Assembly: GCA_963665975.1 (NCBI GenBank)
Contig: OY762508.1
Coordinates: 715,067 to 779,066, forward strand
DNA from: Rhodothermales bacterium
GTDB lineage: Bacteria; Bacteroidota; Rhodothermia; Rhodothermales; Bin80
Length of the DNA: 64,000 nucleotides
Direction: 5' to 3'
Shown: positions 40,115 through 49,702 of the stretch, piece by piece
How positions within the stretch are numbered: position 1 is the first letter of the stretch
How the letters are laid out: each line of letters starts with the position of its first letter
Program-made: the position numbers and the translations under genes
The notes under the pieces: model-generated
Told to the model about the DNA's origin: nothing
Seen by the model: the letters and a program-made list of their open reading frames with translations, nothing else
The model's database searches: none

Positions 40115-43048
40115 TTATAAACCCACCGAAACCTTGAAGTAGATGCTCCGCACCGAAGGGAAGGGCATCGTGTCCACAGAGCGCCCAATGGCGACATTCC
40201 CAAATTGGCTGACCTCGGGGTCGAACCCCGAGTACTTGGTGAACATCAGCAGATTGCGGGCCGAAACTCCCACGTTCAATCTCGATATGGTGGTACCGAA
40301 CCACCCTTGCAAAAGGCTGCCCGGCACGTCGTAGGTGAGACTGACCTCGCGGAGCTTCAGGTACGTCCCATCCTCGATATAGGAACTCGCCGGACTGGGG
40401 TTGTTGAGACGATTCTGTCCGGAAGCCTCATCCAAATCCGGAGAGGTTCCACCAATGTCTGCAAGGAATCGGCCCAGGTTGATTACACGACCACCCTGTT
40501 TCCAATCCCAAAGGAAGCGAAATGTGACCTCGCGCAGGCGAATGATATTATTCCAGGACAAGTTGAAGTCCGGGTTTTCATCGCCAAATATCGTCTTATT
40601 GCCGTCAGCGTCAAGGCCGACTATCGTCGTAGGCGCCTTACCCTTCTCAATCTGGTACTGTCCCAGAGCAAGGGCAAAGCCCCCCATCTCGAATGGGTCC
40701 ACGTCGAGTCTGGTGATTTCGGACGCCGTCTTGCCGAAGTTAATGCGGACGTTCCAGCGACCATGCTTCGCAAGAACGGGCGTCACGTCGACCGACGCCT
40801 CCACCCCGAATGTCCGCATGTCCCCAGCGTTAATGAACTGCCTCGCATAACCCGAGGACGGAGGCAGGTTGTTCTCCAGAATGAGATCCCGAATATTCTG
40901 GTCGTAGTAGGTGAGCTCCACGCGCGCCCGCTCATTCAGGAAGCCAACATCAATACCAAATTCGAATTCATGGCTGATTTCGGGTTCGATATCGGGATTG
41001 CCCAATCGTCTGGGCGCAGACACGCCGCCAAAGCCGGCAATATTTTCAGGTCGAAGGGACGTGTACGTTACGCCAAAGGGCGGCAGATTTCCCGTGCTGC
41101 CGTACGCCATGCGGATCTTGAATTCGTCCGCAAACGCGAGCAGTCGCTTGAGAGCGTCATACTCTGACAACCGTACGGAGGCGGATACTTTCGGATAGAT
41201 GTGCAGCCGCTTCGGGTCTCCGATGCGGCTGCTGCGGTCCGCGCGTAGCCCGGCCGTTAGAAACACTCTTCCACCGATGTCGATTTCCTCCTGCGCATAC
41301 AGACCGCGCTCGCGCTGGAGGAGGCGATCCTGGTACCCTTCCAGGCTGGAGGCCTGATCAATATTTTCCTGCGTAGCCACCAACCCGCTCGCCACCACCG
41401 TCACGGTGTTTATGTCGCGACTCTCATACTGGAGTCCAGCAGACGTGTTGAATGACACCGTCGGACTCATCTGCCAACGGTGAACGGCGCCAAGCGCATA
41501 ATTCGTGCTCAGGCTAGTCGTTTCACCGGCAATCGATATCCCTCGCACCGCCGCGTCCTTGGACTGCTCGAACTGCAGTTCGGGAGGGGAGACAACGGCA
41601 TGCTGCAGCGAATAGAAATCCGCCCCGCCTTGTACGTTCACATCCAGAAGCATGTCCGGTCGGCGCACAATATTCCAACTCACACGACCCGAACTAATCA
41701 CCCGGTGTGTGAGCTCATTATTCTTCAGCACTTCCACCGTGTGCAAAGGATTGGAGCCGGCAGGGCCTGCCGGATAGACCCCGTTAACGGGCCGAAGATC
41801 GAGAAATGGCGGAGTAAGGGCCTGCGCAAAGCCTAGTGTGGTGCTCCCCAGATTCTCGTTGCCGGTAATGCTGCGGTCGCTTTCGGTCCGTGCGACCGAC
41901 GTATTGGTGGCAATAATCAGGCGGCGACTGAAGCGATGCTCAACGTTCACGCGGCCCGCGTACTTTCGATACCCGGTATTGCGGACGATTCCGGTTTCAT
42001 CCAGCGCCAGTCCGCTTGCGTAAAATCGTGTCTGTTCGGTGCCGCCAGATATGTCCGCGGAGGTTTCCGTAATCAGCCCGGTATTTCCATACAGCAAGTC
42101 CTCGTAGTCGATATTGCCGTTTCGAGCAAACAAGTCCCCTCCCCCAGGAGTAGCCGCCTCGGCAGTAGCCGCCGTGAACTGCCGTGTACCCATCTTCCGC
42201 AGGATCCGGTTAACACCGAATTGCTGCGTGATGTTGATGCGAGTCTTGCCTGGCCTGCCGCGCTTGGTTGTGATGATGACCACGCCATTGGTCGCCTTGG
42301 ATCCGTAAATGGCCGCCGCACTCGGCCCCTTGAGCACTTCGAGACTCTCGATGTCGTCGGGATTCACATCCGCAATACGATTCGAGGGCTGGCCCTGTGG
42401 ATTGCGGCTGCCGGCGCCTGTGGCTTTCGTAACCAGATCAATCCCGCTTTGAATTGCCGAATTGTCCAGGATCACGCCATCGACCACATACAGTGGCTGC
42501 GTGTCACCGGTAATGGTTGATGTACCGCGCAAGTTTACATATATGCCACCACCTGGCGCTCCCGTATTCTGACTGATGTACAGACCGGCGATTTTCCCGT
42601 TCAAGGCACGCTCCAACGTCTGGGCCGGCGCTGGCGTGAGGTCCTCGGCCGTCACTCGACCGACAGCATTGGCGAGATTGCTCCGCTTGACACTCGTAGC
42701 AATTCCGGTTACAACTACCTCATCAAACCCCAGCACATCCTCCTCCAACGCAACATCCACCTCTGATCCGACAGTAACGTCACGTTCTACCGACTTGAAA
42801 CCCACAAAGGAGAAGACCAGTCTTGCCTGCGTGTCGAGGATCATCACCTCATAGCCGCCGTCTAGACCCGACGCCGCGCCAATGGTCGTACCCTTGACAG
42901 AAACGCTCACTCCCGGGAGCGGCGCACCCGTAGCTGCATCCGTGACGGTACCGGTAACGGATTGAGCAGCCGCGGTAGCAGGAAATACCAACGCCACAGC
43001 TAGTAGCAGGGACAGGCCGGGATTGCCCATCGGTCGTGGTCCATGCAT
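40115..43048 (-). CDS. SusC/RagA family TonB-dependent outer-membrane transporter
   Basis: CarboxypepD_reg-like N-terminus, PLYVVDGV, DIESLEVLKGPSAAAIYGSKATNGVVIIT, YSGFDPEV, terminal beta strand. Confidence 0.95.
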   Translation of the reverse strand: MHGPRPMGNPGLSLLLAVALVFPATAAAQSVTGTVTDAATGAPLPGVSVSVKGTTIGAASGLDGGYEVMILDTQARLVFSFVGFKSVERDVTVGSEVDVALEEDVLGFDEVVVTGIATSVKRSNLANAVGRVTAEDLTPAPAQTLERALNGKIAGLYISQNTGAPGGGIYVNLRGTSTITGDTQPLYVVDGVILDNSAIQSGIDLVTKATGAGSRNPQGQPSNRIADVNPDDIESLEVLKGPSAAAIYGSKATNGVVIITTKRGRPGKTRINITQQFGVNRILRKMGTRQFTAATAEAATPGGGDLFARNGNIDYEDLLYGNTGLITETSADISGGTEQTRFYASGLALDETGIVRNTGYRKYAGRVNVEHRFSRRLIIATNTSVARTESDRSITGNENLGSTTLGFAQALTPPFLDLRPVNGVYPAGPAGSNPLHTVEVLKNNELTHRVISSGRVSWNIVRRPDMLLDVNVQGGADFYSLQHAVVSPPELQFEQSKDAAVRGISIAGETTSLSTNYALGAVHRWQMSPTVSFNTSAGLQYESRDINTVTVVASGLVATQENIDQASSLEGYQDRLLQRERGLYAQEEIDIGGRVFLTAGLRADRSSRIGDPKRLHIYPKVSASVRLSEYDALKRLLAFADEFKIRMAYGSTGNLPPFGVTYTSLRPENIAGFGGVSAPRRLGNPDIEPEISHEFEFGIDVGFLNERARVELTYYDQNIRDLILENNLPPSSGYARQFINAGDMRTFGVEASVDVTPVLAKHGRWNVRINFGKTASEITRLDVDPFEMGGFALALGQYQIEKGKAPTTIVGLDADGNKTIFGDENPDFNLSWNNIIRLREVTFRFLWDWKQGGRVINLGRFLADIGGTSPDLDEASGQNRLNNPSPASSYIEDGTYLKLREVSLTYDVPGSLLQGWFGTTISRLNVGVSARNLLMFTKYSGFDPEVSQFGNVAIGRSVDTMPFPSVRSIYFKVSVGL

Positions 43049-43251
43049 AGTTTCATTGGAAATTGAATCTCCGTTGCTACATAGCCGTCCAACAGGGCAC
43101 AGTCACAATGGAGATGGGTGCGGGTGTGTCGGGGTCTCCCAGATTCCACACGAACTATTATGAAGATAAGGTGAGCTTGCCGTTTTGCAACACGCTGGAG
43201 GATTTTTCCCAGCGCGGCTGTCCGGTATCCGGCTGATCCGTCGAAAAGCGC

Positions 43252-44439
43252 ATGATATACAGTGTAAGCAACCTCGTAGCGCAACTTCGGAATGTCCTGG
43301 AGGACAACTTTCCGGACGTTCATGTCGAGGGCGAAATCTCAGGCTTCACCCGGTCCCGCGCCGGACACCTGTATTTTGACCTCAAGGACGCGAAGACCCA
43401 GGTCAGATGCGTCATGTTTCGCACCGCAGCAGCGCGTGTCCGCTTTCCCGCTGGGGACGGACTGCACGTACGCCTTCGCGGCGCCGTGACGGTGTACGCG
43501 AACCGCGGCTCCATGCAACTGCGGGTTACCTACATGGAGTTGGTCGGCGAAGGAGCGTTGCAGAAGGCAATCGCGGCGCTCCGGCAGCAACTCGCCAGCG
43601 AGGGGCTCTTCGCCAACGACCGAAAGCGGCCCCTCCCCGCATTCCCAAACGTCATCGGCGTCGTCACCTCCGGGCACGGCGCCGCGCAACACGACATTCG
43701 CAGCATCCTGGGACGCCGGTTCCCGTTTTTGCGTGTGGTGCTGTGCCCGGTGCGCGTACAGGGTGACGGCGCCGCCGAGGAAATCGCACAGGCCATTGCC
43801 GCCTTCAATGCCCTTGCGCCGGACGATGGACGCAGGCCCGATGTTCTCATCATTGGCCGCGGCGGCGGCTCTCCGGAAGACCTGGCCGCCTTCAGTGACG
43901 AGCGCGTAGCGCGCGCCCTCTTTGCGTCCATGATTCCAACGGTCAGCGCCGTTGGGCACGAAAGCGATACCTGCATCGCAGACCTCGTCGCCGACAGGTG
44001 CGCGGCAACGCCGTCTATGGCGGCCGAAATCGTAGTGCCAGACCGGCGAAGCATCGCCCGCACCGTGCGCGAACAACAAGGCCGACTGGTACGTGGCCTG
44101 CACGGGCGCATTCGTCACCATCAGCTCCGTATCACGGGACTGGCGCATCGGTTCCGGAAGCCGCAGAATCTCGTCGAGCGCGCGGCGCAACGCCTGGACC
44201 AGGCCATACATCGTCTCACGCATAGTGGGAGCAGGATCGTGCACGATCGGCGCACGCGCCTTTTCGCGCTAAGACAGAACATGGAGGCATTCAGCCCGTC
44301 ACGCCCCCTGGAGCGCGGCTATGTGCGCGTAGAGCACGACGGAGCGCCCGTGGCACGCGCCGCGCATCTACGTGCCGGCGACCGCGTGGAGTTGTGTTTT
44401 CTTGATGCAAGCCTGCCCGCGCGTATCGAACATGCCTGA
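43252..44439 (+). CDS. xseA: Exodeoxyribonuclease VII large subunit
   Basis: GEISG..GHLYFDLKD, RGGGSPEDL, SAVGHESD, TPSMAAE, LERGY. Confidence 0.96.
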   Translation: MIYSVSNLVAQLRNVLEDNFPDVHVEGEISGFTRSRAGHLYFDLKDAKTQVRCVMFRTAAARVRFPAGDGLHVRLRGAVTVYANRGSMQLRVTYMELVGEGALQKAIAALRQQLASEGLFANDRKRPLPAFPNVIGVVTSGHGAAQHDIRSILGRRFPFLRVVLCPVRVQGDGAAEEIAQAIAAFNALAPDDGRRPDVLIIGRGGGSPEDLAAFSDERVARALFASMIPTVSAVGHESDTCIADLVADRCAATPSMAAEIVVPDRRSIARTVREQQGRLVRGLHGRIRHHQLRITGLAHRFRKPQNLVERAAQRLDQAIHRLTHSGSRIVHDRRTRLFALRQNMEAFSPSRPLERGYVRVEHDGAPVARAAHLRAGDRVELCFLDASLPARIEHA

Positions 44440-44502
44440 CTTCTGAACGTTTTGTTACGAAGTTCCATATTCTCTCGTAGTTGAACTAATGAAGGCGCCG
44501 CC

Positions 44503-45573
44503 ATGGCTGGTTCGACCAGAGATGTAACGATCAAGCTCACGCCGGAAACGCGCACGACCGTCGTTGACGTGGCGCAGCAGCTGGCCGCCGAGCATGGCGA
44601 GCGGCTTGCATCCTTCAGCAAGCTCCTCTACTGCTCTCACCACACCACGGCAGGATTCCTTGAGCAAAGCCTGTGCGCACGTATCCGGCACAGACGTGAA
44701 TCCGTCGAAGCGCTCGTGCAATCGGCCAAGAAACTCTTTCCTGAAGGCGCGGCCTACTGGCACGATCGCATGGAGATGCGGAGTGAGTTGACTGAAGAGC
44801 AGAAAGTTGTCGAACCTCTCAATGCAGACTCGCACCTGGCGTATATCGGGCTCGGGATGGAGAATTGCGTCACGTATGACAACAATCCCGATGTGCCCGT
44901 CTATTTCATAGATCTGGATGGCGTATACCAGGGAACGCACCGCCTGCGCAAGGCGACTGTCGTCGGCTTCAATTCGTCCGAAACCGTCATGGAGTGCACC
45001 CTCCGGATTCCCGTGTCGCCGCGTGTTGTGGATTCCGTAAACGTCTTTGACCCGCGAAGCGGCGTTGCGGAGCAATTGAATGAACTGCTACGGATACACA
45101 AGGTGCAACGGGGAAAGATCGAGCTCTCTCTGCCACCGACCGAGCAACACGCCGGGCTCACGATGAACGAATACGAAACGCTCCTGATGAAGCACGACCT
45201 CATGGAAGTGCTGCGCAATCCGTTTCGCTTCATGGCTCACGAAGCATCGAGTATCGTGCACAACCCGAAAGCGCTCCCTCAGATGGCAAAGGGGTACATC
45301 AAGTACGACCTGGTGCGCGTGGTTGATCAGGTAATCAAATCGCTGCATCTGAATGAATCCCTTGTCGAACGGGTGTTCGATCGGATCGCCGCAGTGTCAA
45401 ACGCCAGGCGTCTGCGCCTCAAGCGTAGTGTGACCATGCTAATCAATACGAAAGCGCAGGACCGCGAAGGCAGCATTGTCCGCGGCACCTACCAGAGCCC
45501 AATCCTGCTTCAGTGGCGACGAGCGACCGATGAGCTCCGAACGGTCAATGTCCGGCTGATCCGTCTGGAATAG
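44503..45573 (+). CDS. Uncharacterised protein with apparently duplicated YjbQ/UPF0047-like domain
   Basis: HHTTAG...HD...NADSHL in the first half; HAGLTMNE...HDL...GTYQSPILLQW...RTVNV in the second half. Confidence 0.55.
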   Translation: MAGSTRDVTIKLTPETRTTVVDVAQQLAAEHGERLASFSKLLYCSHHTTAGFLEQSLCARIRHRRESVEALVQSAKKLFPEGAAYWHDRMEMRSELTEEQKVVEPLNADSHLAYIGLGMENCVTYDNNPDVPVYFIDLDGVYQGTHRLRKATVVGFNSSETVMECTLRIPVSPRVVDSVNVFDPRSGVAEQLNELLRIHKVQRGKIELSLPPTEQHAGLTMNEYETLLMKHDLMEVLRNPFRFMAHEASSIVHNPKALPQMAKGYIKYDLVRVVDQVIKSLHLNESLVERVFDRIAAVSNARRLRLKRSVTMLINTKAQDREGSIVRGTYQSPILLQWRRATDELRTVNVRLIRLE

Positions 45574-45948
45574 GCCGCCTCACGCGCACAAGGCGGCAGG
45601 GACTCTCATTGCAAGCGAAACGCATGAGCGTTTGTAGAAAACGGGCAGGGCCTGGAGCATTGCGTCAGGACCAAGCGTGCGAGATGCCTTCCAATGCAGG
45701 CTGGTCGCTGCCCCTGGTGAACGAAGATCAATTGCGCCCGGCTGGTGGAGAGTGCCTGCGCTGCAGCGCGCTCGATCATGCCTCATCTTTTTCGGCTAAT
45801 TTCTCCGCCAGCACGTTAGACTTGAGCTAAGGCTCTACGTGCCGATCCCTGCACATCATTCCATATCCATCGTGGCCAGTCACAGGTTTATGGCTGCACG
45901 GCCATTGAATCGTGTTGTATAATGCGCGGCAACTTATGATATCCAGGC

Positions 45949-47367
45949 CTAATCCAACCACAGGTCATCGCATTTCACTGCTGGACTTTCCGAACGACCG
46001 GCTTCTGGAGTCGTCGCGAATCGACTTGACGGTGATGTGGTAGTTAGTGAATTCCAACGCGTGAGATTTGTGCGCCGCAAAGGACGCCTCACAGAATCTT
46101 CGGAAATGCCGGCTCGTAATGCTGCGAGCAATCCAGCCGCCTCCAGGTAATTGCCTGCCCGATAAAACTGACCATCCATCCATGGAAGCGCACTTAAATC
46201 GTTCTTCATAAGATTATTGTTCGCGACCTCTATGACGGTCATGCCTTGCTCCAATGCAGCAAGGGTTGGCAATCCAAGACATCCTTCAGGAATCACAAGG
46301 CACGAAATCTGCTCCGCTGTCACTACGCTGTCTTCCCGCATCGCCTCTCTATCCGTGACGATTCGCGGACTCTGTCTGAGCCCCTTGAGAGTGCATTGAA
46401 GGAACGTTGATGAAACGGCCTCCGCCGCCATTCGCGGATCCACGATACCGGGATCTGCTTCGGCAATTAAACGTGACTCGAACATTGGAGAATGTGCCGT
46501 TGGTACATCGAAAACGCTTGAGAGGGCATGTGTAAGCATCGCTTCCACTCCTCCCCATGGATTTACCATGATCCCCTCAGCGTCAAAATAGAGTTGATGA
46601 TATTCTGGCGGAACATCTATTACCGTTGACAGCGACACTGCATCATACGTACCTGAGCGCTCATCCAACAGCCTGAAGATTTCTTCAGCTCCTTCGATTC
46701 GACCAGCAGCGCGCCCGGAAGGAGAGTAATCTGCAAATAGTTTGATGGGAGGGTCAACAGCAACGACTTCAGCGCAGTTGAGTCCATACGCAGCTCTGGC
46801 CCCGCTGACCGCATTTACGGCAGCATTTACGAATAACTTGTCCGCGTGCGCATCAATGACCACAAGTACTCTGTTGGATCGAACCGGAAGAAGCCCGACA
46901 GTGCCCATCAGGAGTCGAGTTACAACACTCCCCTCAACATAAAGGCTATTCGCAGGCATCTCATTTACATCAGACGCATTTACAACATTTGGGTGTAACA
47001 CCAAGGTATCGGATACTTCAGCGAGAAGGCGAGCCACCGGTCCCGCATCTCCAGCGTGTCCGCCCAGGTCTGCTCCAATTCCTGTCGGAATCACTAAGAC
47101 GACATTAAACGCTCTACTATCGTGAACCAATCGGCGGCGAAAATCAAAAAGAGCTGCACCAGGCTTGTCAGTAGTGCTGAGACCGGCTGCCATCGTCGCA
47201 AACTCGCAATGATAGTATGACCTTCCGGTGGCTGTCACAGCAAAACGAACCGGAATCCTGTTTTCGAAGGGATGACCAACAAGAGTCTGCTGAAAATGAC
47301 TCAACAGCTCCTTGTGATTGGTGACAATCGGGATATCGAGTTGTTGTTCGATTAGTGATTGATTCAT
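45949..47367 (-). CDS. DUF3326-like protein with ~85-aa N-terminal extension
   Basis: VIPTGIGADLGGHAGDA.P.ARLLA..SD.LVLHPNVVNA, YVEG, NPWGGVEAMLTH, AHSP, VDPRMAAEAVS, LKGL..SP, NYLEAAG. Confidence 0.82.
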   Translation of the reverse strand: MNQSLIEQQLDIPIVTNHKELLSHFQQTLVGHPFENRIPVRFAVTATGRSYYHCEFATMAAGLSTTDKPGAALFDFRRRLVHDSRAFNVVLVIPTGIGADLGGHAGDAGPVARLLAEVSDTLVLHPNVVNASDVNEMPANSLYVEGSVVTRLLMGTVGLLPVRSNRVLVVIDAHADKLFVNAAVNAVSGARAAYGLNCAEVVAVDPPIKLFADYSPSGRAAGRIEGAEEIFRLLDERSGTYDAVSLSTVIDVPPEYHQLYFDAEGIMVNPWGGVEAMLTHALSSVFDVPTAHSPMFESRLIAEADPGIVDPRMAAEAVSSTFLQCTLKGLRQSPRIVTDREAMREDSVVTAEQISCLVIPEGCLGLPTLAALEQGMTVIEVANNNLMKNDLSALPWMDGQFYRAGNYLEAAGLLAALRAGISEDSVRRPLRRTNLTRWNSLTTTSPSSRFATTPEAGRSESPAVKCDDLWLD

Positions 47368-47406
47368 TTGAGCTGTACCCCGCTGCAATTCGATGATGTG
47401 TCCTGG

Positions 47407-47796
47407 TTAGCGTCGGGTGACAACAGTCGAGGTCCAGTCCGACGAGTTGAACCAACGCGCCGTGAATCGAGCTGCCGCATCCGTGTCAAAAGCTTTGCAA
47501 GAAAAGATGTTCACATAGACTGTCTCCATCAGGTCGAGTGTATGAACCACGATCGTGCTCGTCAGAATGAACTGGACTGCACTTGTGCCCTTTGTCCTGG
47601 GGTCGGTCTGCTGTTCCCCCGCGGGTACGCCAACGTCATCCCAAAAGTGCAAATCACAAGGCTCCATGTCTATCAATTCACAAAGCTCACTGAAGAACGC
47701 CTCAACACTGTCTCGCGTAAAGCGGCCGACATTGCAATTGTGAAGGTCCAGAATCAGCTCAAGCCCGTAGGGAGCGTTTTCAGTATTCGTTGCCAT
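47407..47796 (-). CDS. Pyruvoyl-dependent S-adenosylmethionine decarboxylase-like proenzyme (SpeD family)
   Basis: YGLELILDLHNC, GTSAVQFILTSTIVVHT, VYVNIFSCKAFD, C-terminal beta strand ending in RR; alternative TTG start at 47817. Confidence 0.82.
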   Translation of the reverse strand: MATNTENAPYGLELILDLHNCNVGRFTRDSVEAFFSELCELIDMEPCDLHFWDDVGVPAGEQQTDPRTKGTSAVQFILTSTIVVHTLDLMETVYVNIFSCKAFDTDAAARFTARWFNSSDWTSTVVTRR

Positions 47797-47809
47797 AATA
47801 TCGCCAGAT

Positions 47810-48478
47810 CTACTCAAACAAGACGAGCAGGTCAGGATGAATGTTGCGGTGAGACAGCCATTTGATCATGCTTCCAAACTCCCACGATGTCTTCTCCTGT
47901 AATTCTACTACTATTCTTTCAGCCCGCGGAGCGTTTGGATCTTCGTTGAGAATGTCGATGAGTAGCAGAATTATGCGCGTGAGCTCCGTACGATTCTCCA
48001 CGAGAGCGAGTCTGTTCAGATTAGCATGATCAATTGTGGTTTCACCTCGATGGGTTTCTGGCCATCGCTTTAACCCTCCTTCCCCGAATATGTAATTTAG
48101 GTGCTCTGAGATCGCGTCCTGAGCACTGTCCAGAATCTGGTGACATTCGTCCCATTTGCTACCCTTCGCATGATTGCACTTTTGGCAGGCGAGATGCAAA
48201 TTGTCCCAATCAAACGCGTACTCCGGCTGCACACTTTTGGGTCGCCTATGCTCTATATGAGAGAATGCGACTCCGATTATCCTGGATTCGCAATAGCAAC
48301 ACAGTCCGCGATACATTTTCTCCAAGGCCTCCCGGATATCGACCTTCCTGTATCGGTTAATACACTTCTTGATCTGTCTTGATTTCCCTGATGACAACGC
48401 AGCCATCAGGTCCCGCTTCCAGATTTCAGCGTTTTGGCGAAGCGATTCGGGCATTGCTGGACGGGTCACGCAGCGCAT
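47810..48478 (-). CDS. HNH endonuclease, Septu PtuB / retron-associated HNH-like
   Basis: LCCYCES...IEHRRPKS...FDWDNLHLACQKCNHAKG, TI...LNR..L..R. Confidence 0.88.
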   Translation of the reverse strand: MRCVTRPAMPESLRQNAEIWKRDLMAALSSGKSRQIKKCINRYRKVDIREALEKMYRGLCCYCESRIIGVAFSHIEHRRPKSVQPEYAFDWDNLHLACQKCNHAKGSKWDECHQILDSAQDAISEHLNYIFGEGGLKRWPETHRGETTIDHANLNRLALVENRTELTRIILLLIDILNEDPNAPRAERIVVELQEKTSWEFGSMIKWLSHRNIHPDLLVLFE

Positions 48479-49702
48479 CTAGGAATTGTTTTGTGAGGAC
48501 TTTCGAGCAAACTGAACAAGATTCTCGAGCTCTGTTGCAAGCTGAACTGGATCGGTATCAGGCATGTTGCCCATCTGCTCCCGAAGACGTTTGAAGTCTT
48601 CTTCTTCCTCGTCCGAGAATTTGCGGCCGTGCAGGCGCTTGTTATCCAATTGCTGGAATTCTAACAATCTCTTTGCAAATGCTTCCGCTCGGGAGGTTGG
48701 TAGCCCCATCCTTATATAAACCTCCTCGGCGCGCCAGCCAAAGGGAAACACCTCTTCATAGTCACCATCATTCAGTTTATACACTTTAATATTCTTGCAG
48801 CCCGACGCCACGAGTGGCGAATGAGTGGTTGCGATAAATTGTACGCCGGGAAAGCTCTCCGTTAGCAATTGCATGATATTGCGCTGCCAACGGGGATGGA
48901 GATGCTGCTCTATCTCATCTATAAGTACTATTCCATCAATATCGGTGAGATCGGATGGGCCGCTGAGATACCACCACGACAAGAGATCCAACACCCAAGT
49001 GACTGTAGAATGATACCCGTCTCCCACTGAGGACAAGGGGTAATGGTCCTGTTTATTCTTGATCTCTATCGCGTTATCTGCTAACTGGACACTGTCGTCG
49101 GATTCAAGTTGTAGGATACGTCGAAGAAGATCCGTTAGGGTACCGAGAATATTCGCCGAAGCAGGCTCCTTTCCGCGGGACGCCACGAGCCTGCGCATGA
49201 CCAACTCAGGGTTCTGCAATGGCCGGTCGTTTACAAATAGGGGATGCAGGGCATCCACGGCAAGGTAGTAGTCGTAATCTTCGGTGCCATGTACGCGTAT
49301 GCCAGGCCCATAACCGGTAGTAAAGATTCGGTCCCATGGAAACTTGTCCGGTTTAAGCGGTAACCGTTGTCCGTTTTCTTGAAGCTGATTCAATTCTTGG
49401 TCTACGCTTTCGAACCGGTCCAGCGATCTGATCGTGGTTTCAGTCTGAAAACATCCAGTACGATCCTCCAAGTCGACCTCGATCGTTCCCTGCTCGCTTC
49501 CTCTTCGAACTGACTCGCCATAAAGATCCCGAAACAAAGCTGACGCGCTCGATTCGTCGCAGAGGCCCATTGCTAGACTGCGGAGGACGGTTGACTTACC
49601 GTCGCCGTTGTCGCCTACCAATAGCGCGGATTCCCCCTTAAGATCGAGCGTCAGTTCCTCGAAGCAGCGGATATGCTTTAAACATAGCCTCGTGACTTTC
49701 AT
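48479..49702 (-). CDS. ABC-type (AAA_21/AAA_15-like) ATPase, Septu PtuA-like
   Basis: L.LKHIRCFE, Walker A GDNGDGKST, signature-like LSSVGDGY, Walker B IVLIDEIEQHLHPRWQ, H-loop FIATTHSP. Confidence 0.9.
   Translation of the reverse strand: MKVTRLCLKHIRCFEELTLDLKGESALLVGDNGDGKSTVLRSLAMGLCDESSASALFRDLYGESVRRGSEQGTIEVDLEDRTGCFQTETTIRSLDRFESVDQELNQLQENGQRLPLKPDKFPWDRIFTTGYGPGIRVHGTEDYDYYLAVDALHPLFVNDRPLQNPELVMRRLVASRGKEPASANILGTLTDLLRRILQLESDDSVQLADNAIEIKNKQDHYPLSSVGDGYHSTVTWVLDLLSWWYLSGPSDLTDIDGIVLIDEIEQHLHPRWQRNIMQLLTESFPGVQFIATTHSPLVASGCKNIKVYKLNDGDYEEVFPFGWRAEEVYIRMGLPTSRAEAFAKRLLEFQQLDNKRLHGRKFSDEEEEDFKRLREQMGNMPDTDPVQLATELENLVQFARKSSQNNS

Noticed and set aside
45574-45597. Hairpin gccgcct-N10-aggcggc after the YjbQ-like gene as an intrinsic terminator
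   Set aside because: There is a 7-bp stem but no U-tract on either strand, so the support is too weak.
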